Below the pieces are notes generated by a model. The model was not told the origin of the DNA, did no database searches, and saw only the letters and a program-made list of their open reading frames with translations. This document shows positions 9,220 through 17,132 of a stretch of DNA of 64,000 nt, in pieces. This stretch comes from a virus. The stretch is taken from IMG/VR virus record IMGVR_UViG_3300021492_000072; one strand, 5' to 3'. The translations under genes were made by a program, and so were the position numbers. Position 1 is the stretch's first letter, and every line of letters begins with the position of its first letter.

Positions 9220-9651
9220 CTAGGCTGTTAAGTCCATTCTAATATGTGTTGTACTCAAATCCGAATCCAAATGTAACTGAAACGTCACTCTCTTCACCTG
9301 TTCCGGTTTTACACGTTTGACATACAGCCCATAACCAGTACGTATTTCAATACTATACCTGTCAAGTACTGCTGCTAACGGTTTATCACTCCAGTCAATC
9401 TTTTGCTCCTCAGGCGGAAGTTGTTCTAGTATTTCACTACCATCGTCGCAATCGAAGTAGACTTCTGTAGGCTCAACCTCAAACTCTACTACCCAAGAAG
9501 GTTCATTTAGTAGTGGGAACTCAATTGCTGAAACGAGTACAGCATCATGTCCGTTAGCAGTATCAGAACTAGGCGATACCCCATCTTTCAGGATCTGTTG
9601 TAGGCTCATCATAGAACATGGTACAGTTGTGAACAACCTCACATTACTCAC
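9220..9651 (-). CDS. Hypothetical protein, possibly degenerate ADP-ribosyltransferase fold (likely GTG at 9642)
   Basis: LFTT...LQQILKDGVSP...VLVS...VVEFEV...VKPEQV echoes the LYHxT..I..GLxP pattern without the His. Confidence 0.45.
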   Translation of the reverse strand: MSNVRLFTTVPCSMMSLQQILKDGVSPSSDTANGHDAVLVSAIEFPLLNEPSWVVEFEVEPTEVYFDCDDGSEILEQLPPEEQKIDWSDKPLAAVLDRYSIEIRTGYGLYVKRVKPEQVKRVTFQLHLDSDLSTTHIRMDLTA

Positions 9652-9779
9652 CTCCTCTCTGACCTCTTTAAGAACGTGACCGTTATTACCCTACGATCTC
9701 TGAAGAACCAAACCATGAAGTAATGCACGTTCTTAATGCCTACAACTACCGGACCGATTTCTTGGTATTTCTCTAACAT
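9648..9779 (-). CDS. 43-aa hypothetical protein (not in ORF track)
   Basis: AAAGGAGGTGA SD, ATG at 9779, fills the gap exactly. Confidence 0.6.
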   Translation of the reverse strand: MLEKYQEIGPVVVGIKNVHYFMVWFFRDRRVITVTFLKRSERR

Positions 9780-9793
9780 CTTTTCACCTCCTT

Positions 9794-10051
9794 TCAAATC
9801 GGCATTACTCCAACCTTTATGATCCTTTTAGGCCGGAGCAGGACCGCTCTTACCTTCACAAAATTATTGTTATCCAACCAGTACCTCTCTTCGAAACTCT
9901 TCACTACGTGCCCATGAACCTCATAGAGGTCCACGTCCTCGCCATACCACTGCTCCTGTACCACCCTCGCTTCCTCTAATGTACTGGTACAGAGCAAGGT
10001 ACCGTTATAGGCTCGTAGTGGCGAGCCCGATTCTTGCACCCTAAACGGCAT
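9794..10051 (-). CDS. Hypothetical protein
   Basis: AAGGAGG SD. Confidence 0.7.
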   Translation of the reverse strand: MPFRVQESGSPLRAYNGTLLCTSTLEEARVVQEQWYGEDVDLYEVHGHVVKSFEERYWLDNNNFVKVRAVLLRPKRIIKVGVMPI

Positions 10052-10061
10052 ACTTCCTCCT

Positions 10062-10319
10062 TCACTTCTCCTTTACTCGTCTCCATGATTCAATCGGGTC
10101 CTTTACTACCAACCTGGCCCTCCCTGGGCACTGCTCGAAGAACTTTACTGCTTCTTCCAACCCATCTTCGCTTCCATCCGTGAAGTTCTCTACTTTCTGG
10201 ACCCCGTCTTTAATGTAGAAAACCGACGCGACCACTTCCTCAATCCGGATTGGAGCGCATTCGGGGCATATCTCCGCCCAATCCGGAACCGGTTTTCCAC
10301 ATTTCTTACACTTCTTCAT
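10062..10319 (-). CDS. Zinc-ribbon protein
   Basis: CKKCG ... CPEC; leader hairpin + SD. Confidence 0.8.
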   Translation of the reverse strand: MKKCKKCGKPVPDWAEICPECAPIRIEEVVASVFYIKDGVQKVENFTDGSEDGLEEAVKFFEQCPGRARLVVKDPIESWRRVKEK

Positions 10320-10369
10320 CTCCTCACCCCCTTTCGTGGCTCAGATTCTTTTACCGGAGCCACAACGGT

Positions 10370-10894
10370 TTATTCATTTCCATACAATAGACTCTCTATT
10401 ACCTCTAGTGTTCCAACGTCCACTTCAGAATCAGGTTTATCTTTCCAGTCGCAAGTGAATTCACCCCATCTCTGATACATATCCCCGATTCTAGTTCCCG
10501 GTAGTACTCTCGGTTCCTCTTTCCTCCTTGGACGCCCTCTTTTCTTTCCTTTGAGGGCTTCCACGATCAGCTTTCCTAACGGGTCTTTCATGTCGATGTT
10601 CAACTCTTCCTTCGGTGTCTCTTTCGGTCTCATGTTCAATACTTCCAACGCGCCCCAGATACCGAAGTTCTGTATGAACTGCAACCTCATCATCCGCTTC
10701 GTCCTTCCTCTGAACCGAATCCTTTGAACCGGTCCCAATGGCCACCTCGACTTGGAAGCCTTCGTTTCTAAGGCCTCCTCAATCAGGTCAGCAAGGTCAG
10801 GTTCCATTGTAGGTGCAGGCTCAGGTTCCAGCTCGACGATTACTTTGAATTCTCTGCCGTCTTTCTTTCGAATTAAGTATTCCTGGCGCTCCAT
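10370..10894 (-). CDS. Hypothetical protein with two LxxLIxEAL helices and an AT-hook-like KRGRPR
   Basis: Seen in translation; leader hairpin + SD. Confidence 0.8.
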   Translation of the reverse strand: MERQEYLIRKKDGREFKVIVELEPEPAPTMEPDLADLIEEALETKASKSRWPLGPVQRIRFRGRTKRMMRLQFIQNFGIWGALEVLNMRPKETPKEELNIDMKDPLGKLIVEALKGKKRGRPRRKEEPRVLPGTRIGDMYQRWGEFTCDWKDKPDSEVDVGTLEVIESLLYGNE

Positions 10895-10950
10895 CCTTCT
10901 TTCACCTCCTTTCTGGCCCTAGATTAGACCTCAATAGTCCTGGGCCAGTT

Positions 10951-11124
10951 TCAGTCCTCTTTAGACTTTAACCAATCCAGTCTCAGTTCATAGACTGTAG
11001 TATCATTCTCCACTAGACAAGAACCTCCGTGAATGAACACGATTTCTCCTTCCACCCCATTATAATGGTCATCAGGGTGGCCTACAACAATAACCCTATC
11101 ACCTACTTTAAAGCCTTCATTCAT
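10951..11124 (-). CDS. 57-aa KOW/SH3-like protein (not in ORF track)
   Basis: MNEGFKVGDRVIVVGHP...GVEGEIV; overlaps the stop of the upstream gene. Confidence 0.6.
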   Translation of the reverse strand: MNEGFKVGDRVIVVGHPDDHYNGVEGEIVFIHGGSCLVENDTTVYELRLDWLKSKED

Positions 11125-11410
11125 CTTCCTCCATCTCCTCCTCTTCTTCTATACCAGTCTCGATCCCGAACATTGACACAACCCAATCACGTGCTTCCAA
11201 GGACGCGCAGTCGAGATCACTAAGGCTCTTGACGCAAACTTTTGATGACTCAGTGGTTCTCTGATAGATCAGGTTGTCGATTACGAAACCCTTCTTACCG
11301 AAGAAGAGCCGCGCGCTGATTCGCTCCCCTCGTGTGGTCTCAACACCTATATCTACGGCGTGAGTACCCTCGAAGGGGCCATCACCCGCTTCTATGAACC
11401 TTAACATCAT
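11117..11410 (-). CDS. Hypothetical protein with acidic tail
   Basis: Leader hairpin + SD. Confidence 0.8.
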   Translation of the reverse strand: MMLRFIEAGDGPFEGTHAVDIGVETTRGERISARLFFGKKGFVIDNLIYQRTTESSKVCVKSLSDLDCASLEARDWVVSMFGIETGIEEEEEMEEDE

Positions 11411-11494
11411 CTTCCTCCACCTCCTTTCTGACCCTAGATTGGCCTGGATGGGCCTGGGCCAGTCGCAATCCCCTTTAACGGGTCATTCTTTGTT

Positions 11495-11533
11495 GGGCCC
11501 CTTTACCTTTCCCCACCGGGGCCCGAGGTGGGG
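11495..11533 (-). other. Predicted H-type RNA pseudoknot
   Basis: Minus strand CCCCACC-UC-GGGCCCC-GGUGGGG-AAAGGUAAA-GGGGCCC: two perfect 7-bp stems. Confidence 0.7.
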
Positions 11534-11842
11534 TTATTTGGCTCTAGTGTCTATCCAGATCTTGTTGACCTTGTCGTACTGGAAGCCGTGGGAGTTCTTG
11601 TAGGCGTTTAACTGGCAGGCAAACTCATGAGAGTTGCCTACCTTCCCCACTAGGTCAGGGTGGACCGCCGCGAAGATCATCTTAAACCCCGCGGGGCGGA
11701 GTTGTCGGATGATCTCTCTGCCGTGCTCGCGCTCGATCTTAGCCAACAAGGCCCGCATGGCCGAAATGTGGCCTCCGCCTTGGCCTTGTTGCTGGTCGAG
11801 AGCCTGACTGATGAGTTCTTTCAGGTTTGACATCTTCTTCAC
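11534..11842 (-). CDS. Hypothetical protein, paralog family B (likely ATG at 11833); first gene of leftward array
   Basis: Aligns with 6842..7183. Confidence 0.8.
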   Translation of the reverse strand: MKKMSNLKELISQALDQQQGQGGGHISAMRALLAKIEREHGREIIRQLRPAGFKMIFAAVHPDLVGKVGNSHEFACQLNAYKNSHGFQYDKVNKIWIDTRAK

Positions 11843-11889
11843 CTCCTTCCTGCCCTGATTGGCCTAGACTGAGATCCAGGCCTGGGCTA

Positions 11890-12290
11890 GTCTGTCTCTT
11901 ATCTGACTTCTTACTTTTATATTTATTTTTATTTAATTTAATTTTAATATATTTTCGCTTAGTACGCGTTAACCGAGCTGTTAGAAAAAGTCACGTTAAG
12001 GAACCAATACGCGTTAACCGATACGCGCTAAGAGAGCCGTTAGTCACGTTCGCGCATGAGCCTGTTACGTTCTATCAGCTAAGTCACGCCCAAATAGTAC
12101 GCCTACAAATAACAAATTGGTACGCTTAGAAACTACCAGTCACACAATTCCGTAACTAGGCAAAAAGCACGTTCACAATAAAATCAAGGGTTTGAGGTCG
12201 AATGGCGTCTATAAGGTTGGCCAACTTTTGAGTAGAAAGGGTTAGTCACGCAAAAATTCCATAAGGAGTAAGACTTGACATTGGGTATGA
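11890..12290. promoter_or_regulatory. Divergent non-coding control region with AT tract and short repeats
   Basis: AT tract ~11915-11955; AGTCAC x5; TACGCGTTAACCGA x2; transcription diverges here. Confidence 0.6.
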
Positions 12291-12294
12291 GTAA

Positions 12295-13317
12295 ATGGAA
12301 AAGTGTGGTATGGTTGTAAAGGTAAAGAACGAAGATAGGTTCTTCGATTCTCTAGCTAAATACCTGTTCTTCAAAGAGTTAAAAAGAGCATACGAGATCA
12401 AGGTTGATGAAAAAGGACGTCCTATTACATTTATTACTAAAAGAGTCAAAGGTAGGCTTAGACACATCCCAATCCCGTTAGAAAGGTTAAGAGAGGAAAA
12501 GCTAAGTGATGCTGGTAAAAGATTGATTGAGATGAATACTATGAGATTGGTAGGACAAAGTGCTAAGATAAACGAGGGTGGGAAGAGCTTTCTCAGGATT
12601 GGAATGAAAGATTTAATAGGTGCGTTGAGTTTTGAAGGAAAGATAGGATCCAGGTTGAGTGAGGTCTGTAAAGCACCGGGAGCGATGGCGTGTGCTGCTA
12701 ATATGATAGGACTGGATTCGTATGATGTGCGTAAGGTGGAATTAAAGAAGGGAGGTAATATAGATTTAGATGCCAAGATATGGAAAGGTGACGTTTCATT
12801 AGGTTTTGTAGGAAGTATTGAGAAAGAAAAAGATAAGTTGGTGATGTATCCTAGGAGGTTGGAGAAGGTTAAAGGTGGTGATGTGGATTGGGCTAAAAGA
12901 GTAGCGCGGGTGTTTAAGAGGAGTGGAGTAGATGAGGTTAAGGTAGCTGCTAGGGGAAAGGCGGATCATGTGTTATTTAGCATGCTGGGGGCGGAGTTTG
13001 AGAATCCAAGAGAGGCGAAGTTATTCACTGCGCTGGCTGTTAGTAAGTTAAAGGGAATGAAATTAGCCCGTGAGTGGCAAGTAAAGAAAATCATGATAAC
13101 TCTAGCGAAAGAACAAACGCAAAGTTTACCCAGGATTTTGGAAATATTTAGAGATACAATGTTCCCTAGAAGGCCGGGGTTCCCCACTACTGGAGAGGCG
13201 CCAGGTACTTATAAAGACTTCAAAAGGCTGTTAGAGTTAATATTCGGCAAGGGAGTCAGCAAGTACAGAATCCCTATGAAGGGAAATAAGCTATTAGACC
13301 TTTTGGTGAGAGGTTAA
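12295..13317 (+). CDS. Basic protein with possible degenerate GNAT fold and a weak copy of the cargo-like tag
   Basis: ARVFKRSGVDEVKVAA...LFSMLGAEF resembles GNAT motif A/B; FITKRVKGRLRHIPI near N-terminus. Confidence 0.55.
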   Translation: MEKCGMVVKVKNEDRFFDSLAKYLFFKELKRAYEIKVDEKGRPITFITKRVKGRLRHIPIPLERLREEKLSDAGKRLIEMNTMRLVGQSAKINEGGKSFLRIGMKDLIGALSFEGKIGSRLSEVCKAPGAMACAANMIGLDSYDVRKVELKKGGNIDLDAKIWKGDVSLGFVGSIEKEKDKLVMYPRRLEKVKGGDVDWAKRVARVFKRSGVDEVKVAARGKADHVLFSMLGAEFENPREAKLFTALAVSKLKGMKLAREWQVKKIMITLAKEQTQSLPRILEIFRDTMFPRRPGFPTTGEAPGTYKDFKRLLELIFGKGVSKYRIPMKGNKLLDLLVRG

Positions 13318-13318
13318 G

Positions 13319-14284
13319 GTGTTAGAGTTTATACCACTTAGGAATAGGCAAGGTAAACTATTCTGGATACATGTATCGGAGTTTGAGCCGTGGAGGATTA
13401 AAGATCCCAAGACGTTACAACATATTCTGAACTTATACTTTGGATCCATTACGGTGGATAAGCTGGGAAGGTCTATGCTCACCAGTGATGGTTACGTCTT
13501 TCTGAAAGAAACCTTACCTGATTACCTCTGGAACGAAATAAAGCGTAAGAAGTACAAAAATACTATTGAGGTCTTTAGAGAGGCATCTCATCATCCAAAG
13601 GCTATACACCAGCTTGCTAATGCAATGGGTGATGTTTCCTACTTATCCGACTTCGCGATTAGGAAGGACTACATATTTGCCGAAGGTGGGATGCGTAGGT
13701 TATATAAGGCGGGGATTAGAATCCCATTTGAACCTTTATCCCCAAAATGGATGGTGAGTTCACAGGTTCCAAGAGTTCCAGTGGTCTTTGGGCCCAAGCT
13801 ATTTGGCAGAGAGATGTCAGGAAAGCACCTACAAAAGATATATCACAATTTACTGGTTGAGAGTGGACAAAAGGCTTTTATTGTCAGGCCAGGTCCGAGT
13901 AGTTTCATCACATATGCGAAGCTGGGTGCGAATTATCCAACTAAGAGCGGTAGGAAGTCGCTTGTAAAAGAGATGCAGAGATTAATCCCATACATACGTA
14001 AGTCCGGGCAAGAAAGGGAAACTGATATGCTCATGCATGTTTTAGAAAGATGGAGTGAGGGGGCGGATAATCTACAAAAGCTATATAGGGACACCTTGGA
14101 GTTGGTCAAAAAGAAGGAAATACCAGTTAGTTTGTTCCAGAGGTTTTGGTACCGAATGAGCGCCTTCGAACGTGAACTAAAGTTAGAGATAACCCCCGCT
14201 GTAAAACGTATGTTAAAAGAGGGTACTGTTTCATTCAGTGTAAAACGTTGGTTACGCGCGCCATCTAGTACGCGGTTTCAATAG
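13319..14284 (+). CDS. Basic protein with possible degenerate GNAT fold
   Basis: GREMSGKHL...SGQKAFIVRP...TYAKLGANY. Confidence 0.55.
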   Translation: MLEFIPLRNRQGKLFWIHVSEFEPWRIKDPKTLQHILNLYFGSITVDKLGRSMLTSDGYVFLKETLPDYLWNEIKRKKYKNTIEVFREASHHPKAIHQLANAMGDVSYLSDFAIRKDYIFAEGGMRRLYKAGIRIPFEPLSPKWMVSSQVPRVPVVFGPKLFGREMSGKHLQKIYHNLLVESGQKAFIVRPGPSSFITYAKLGANYPTKSGRKSLVKEMQRLIPYIRKSGQERETDMLMHVLERWSEGADNLQKLYRDTLELVKKKEIPVSLFQRFWYRMSAFERELKLEITPAVKRMLKEGTVSFSVKRWLRAPSSTRFQ

Positions 14285-15388
14285 CTTTCTAGGAATCCTC
14301 TTACGATATTTTATACAAATTTCAATAGTGTTCTTGATTTCTTCTTCAAGAGTAATTGAAGGCTTGTAACCAAGGCTGTCTAAGATTCCTTTCTCTACTT
14401 TGTATAAGTCAATGTCTTCTCTTTCAACTCTTGGATTGGGATAGTACTTCATCTTTGTAAAAATACCAAATTCCTCCATTGAGATTCTTTTAACAGTTCT
14501 AGCCAAGTCTTCCAGCCTATAGACTTCCATTAACTGATTAACTAGCCTATACTCTCCACGTTTGGGTGGGTTCTCTAATAACAAACGAAGGCATTGAATG
14601 GAGTCTCTTAAAGGTAGGAAGCCTCTCTTTTGATTCCCCGAACCATAGACGGTTAATGAGACATCTTTAGTCGCAGCTTCGGCGCATAGACGATTGAGAT
14701 AAGTCCCAAACAGTTCATCTGCGTCAAAGCGTGTGAATAAGAGTTCGTCTTTCCCATCTATTTCCTCGGTTAATACACCAAAGACTACACCTTGCATCAC
14801 GTCAGTTACTGTTAATCCCCAGCAGTTGCACGCTAACTCTAGATAAAGAGAGCCTAAGATTTTTGTATCGTGGTAGAAAGAGATTCCTCTACGGGGGTAT
14901 GGTAGGACTTCCTTAAACGGTCCGTAGCTGATTTCCAATCCTTTTTCTGAAATAGGGATGTTAGACGCCGCGTACTCTCCCAAAGTTCCGATTACTATTA
15001 CATGCACATCCATTTTTAATTCTCGTAGAGCCCAAACAAGGTTTAAAGGTCCAATAGTGTTGGTGAACGTAGTTTCAAAGCAGCTATCACGGTCCTTCAT
15101 TGAGTACGGCGCACTAGGTTGATGTGCTAAGTATACAATAGCGTCTGGATCGACTCTACGGAGTACGTCTAAGAAGTGAGGCCAATCAGTTACGTCACAG
15201 ACTTCGAAGCCAATTGATAAGGCGTGAACCCTGTCTTCTACTGACGCAATTGGGGTTATAGACGTTGCGACCTTCCTTCTGAAGAGGTTGTCGATACCAT
15301 AAACCTCGAACCCGCGCGCTACTAAATTCTGCGCTAATGCAAATCCTATAAAACCATCTATACCTGCGATTAGAACCTTACCACGCAT
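14252..15388 (-). CDS. sqdB: UDP-sulfoquinovose synthase (SQD1/SqdB/Agl3 family, extended SDR)
   Basis: GIDGFIG, DNLFRR, QPSAPYSM, GTLGEY, FYHDTK, WGLxxTDxxQGVVFG, TRFDxDxxFGTxLNR, LTVYGxGxQxRGF, NPRVE. Confidence 0.9.
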   Translation of the reverse strand: MRGKVLIAGIDGFIGFALAQNLVARGFEVYGIDNLFRRKVATSITPIASVEDRVHALSIGFEVCDVTDWPHFLDVLRRVDPDAIVYLAHQPSAPYSMKDRDSCFETTFTNTIGPLNLVWALRELKMDVHVIVIGTLGEYAASNIPISEKGLEISYGPFKEVLPYPRRGISFYHDTKILGSLYLELACNCWGLTVTDVMQGVVFGVLTEEIDGKDELLFTRFDADELFGTYLNRLCAEAATKDVSLTVYGSGNQKRGFLPLRDSIQCLRLLLENPPKRGEYRLVNQLMEVYRLEDLARTVKRISMEEFGIFTKMKYYPNPRVEREDIDLYKVEKGILDSLGYKPSITLEEEIKNTIEICIKYRKRIPRKLLKPRTRWRA

Positions 15389-15462
15389 TTTCCTATACCT
15401 CCTAGCGGGATCCCGCGCATATTGCTAAAATATGGCGCAATAACCATATGATATGAAGCATG

Positions 15463-16866
15463 TTATAGCTCAATCACGGCGTATCCACCCCTCCCCATGC
15501 CCTCAAAGTAGAGTCGAATCGCTTCCCTTGTGAACCACCAGGCCATTACGCAGTCATCATAGGTGCTATAGGGATAACTTAGCACTTCACGTTTCCATGC
15601 GCAAAAAGAACACTCACAACCAGGGTCATGGCTCCAATAGGGGATGTGCCACATATTATTATCTAATTCAACTCTTAAAGACGGGATGCCAACATTGACA
15701 TAGTGCTTTTGCGTACCTGTGTAATAAGACTTTATGGGGAGCTTCCTTAGTTCACCCACCCAATCAAATAGCATTTGCTGGGTAGCGTTGGACTCAACTA
15801 GGATCACTTCTGGTTTATACTTCTCGTACTCCCTGATCAGTAATCTCGCGACTTCAGGTGCGGCTGCTTTGACTCTTATTATGTTAATCGGCCACCGCAT
15901 ACGTGTTTCTGCGTGGACGCCCGTCGTGAATAAAACTGAGTAGTCCTTACCATGACCACCAGAGATATCAACTCCCATGTATTTTCTGACATATGGTTCC
16001 GTAAGGCTTGTATACTCGGGTGGGTTGGAACCGGGAGTGAGAGGCCAATCATGTCTCTGTTTGAAGCACTCTCTAGAGAATAACACAGTCTCCACCCGAA
16101 TGGGCTGCATCCGGAAACCTTTTTCAAACGCCAGTGGATCATCCTTCCACTTGTCGTACAGCTTCTCTCGTGGCCATACTTGAGGCCATAAAGGATCAAA
16201 GTTCTCATTTATCTTCCATATCTTACGACACCAACCTTTCTTTCTTAGAAGGTCAGCGTATACATCTTCCTCTGCCCATGTAGTGCCGATGACCACAACT
16301 TGGTGACCTTGTGGTTCTAGTGTGTTCATCCAGACGTCAAAGAACGCTTCTTTTACCTTTCTTATCATACCTTTTGTAGCTGCTGTCCTGTTGTCACATA
16401 TGTCATCGCAAATAAGGAGGTCACTTCTTCCTCCAGTACCAGTCGCAATTATCCCTTTACCTTCTACTGTTGCGTCTCTGAGCGCCAAGCTTCTCTCCAC
16501 AAAGATTCTTTCTTTAGTCCAGTACCTAGCTTTAGATGGTCTTACATGAGGGAAAATAGCACGGTACTTTGGTGAAAAAAGCAGTGTTTGAGTGATTGCT
16601 GATAAAAGTTCCTTCGCCTTTTCGTTTGAGTTCGCAACTATCTTGATCCTGATATTAGTGTTGAGTCCGATCCTCCAGCATGGGTAGGCTATGGAGACAA
16701 CCGAACTTTTCCCGTGTGCTCTTGGAGAAAGGATGAGAATTTTCCGTTTAGTTTCCAAGAGTGTACACCATTGTTTATGGAGGTCCGCTAGGGGGAAGTC
16801 GAAGACGAAGGTTAGGAATGATGCGAAACTTTCGCGGCACAATCTCCGGAGTGTTTTGATGTTCAC
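15463..16866 (-). CDS. terL: Terminase large subunit
   Basis: Walker A PRAHGKS, Walker B LLICDD, motif III VIGT, RNase H-like GVDIS ... DDCVMA. Confidence 0.95.
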   Translation of the reverse strand: MNIKTLRRLCRESFASFLTFVFDFPLADLHKQWCTLLETKRKILILSPRAHGKSSVVSIAYPCWRIGLNTNIRIKIVANSNEKAKELLSAITQTLLFSPKYRAIFPHVRPSKARYWTKERIFVERSLALRDATVEGKGIIATGTGGRSDLLICDDICDNRTAATKGMIRKVKEAFFDVWMNTLEPQGHQVVVIGTTWAEEDVYADLLRKKGWCRKIWKINENFDPLWPQVWPREKLYDKWKDDPLAFEKGFRMQPIRVETVLFSRECFKQRHDWPLTPGSNPPEYTSLTEPYVRKYMGVDISGGHGKDYSVLFTTGVHAETRMRWPINIIRVKAAAPEVARLLIREYEKYKPEVILVESNATQQMLFDWVGELRKLPIKSYYTGTQKHYVNVGIPSLRVELDNNMWHIPYWSHDPGCECSFCAWKREVLSYPYSTYDDCVMAWWFTREAIRLYFEGMGRGGYAVIEL

Positions 16867-17132
16867 TTTTCAAAATCCTTCAACTTCTCCTCAAATAGTT
16901 CGATCACATCGTCGGGGTCGCCTTCGCCTTTATACTTGAGTAGAAGCTCCAGTCCTTTGACTACTTCCATCCACGTTTGTGGTTTCAAATTAGGGTTATT
17001 TAAGAGCGCTTCTTTTATTCTAGTAGCGACCACATCGACGGTGCTGCCAGTACTACTTTCTTCATCGTTTGTCGACTTCTTATGTGGTGCTGACGCTAAA
17101 CCTAATTCTAAGACTTTCTTTTTTCTGCCCAT
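16863..17132 (-). CDS. Small helical protein, possible terminase small subunit
   Basis: Directly upstream of and overlapping terL; position only. Confidence 0.45.
   Translation of the reverse strand: MGRKKKVLELGLASAPHKKSTNDEESSTGSTVDVVATRIKEALLNNPNLKPQTWMEVVKGLELLLKYKGEGDPDDVIELFEEKLKDFEK

Larger units (their letters stand above)
7180..11887 (-). repeat. Eight dispersed copies of a bulged-hairpin + SD leader element (7180-7223, 8378-8425, 8681-8728, 9183-9227, 10324-10363, 10902-10948, 11418-11462, 11839-11887)
   Basis: Outer stem, inner stem and AAUC/AAUU 3' bulge, then (A/G)AAGGAGGUG within 0-2 nt; compensatory changes and G-U pairs on the minus strand. Confidence 0.85.

Noticed and set aside
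11495-11536. Pseudoknot as a stop-readthrough or frameshift stimulator
   Set aside because: No spacer between the stop and stem 1 and no X-XXY-YYZ heptamer at suitable distance; kept only as a structural observation.
7180-11887. Leader hairpins as a CRISPR array or integron attC sites
   Set aside because: Copies are separated by whole genes rather than constant-length spacers, conserve structure not sequence, lack consistent RYYYAAC/GTTRRRY ends, and no cas or integrase gene is recognised.
11989-12250. AGTCAC copies as tandem GTGACT -35 boxes
   Set aside because: No consistent -10 element at 16-18 nt spacing.
12246-12776. 176-aa minus-strand ORF
   Set aside because: Antisense to 12295..13317 with Ser/Leu/Phe/Ile shadow composition.
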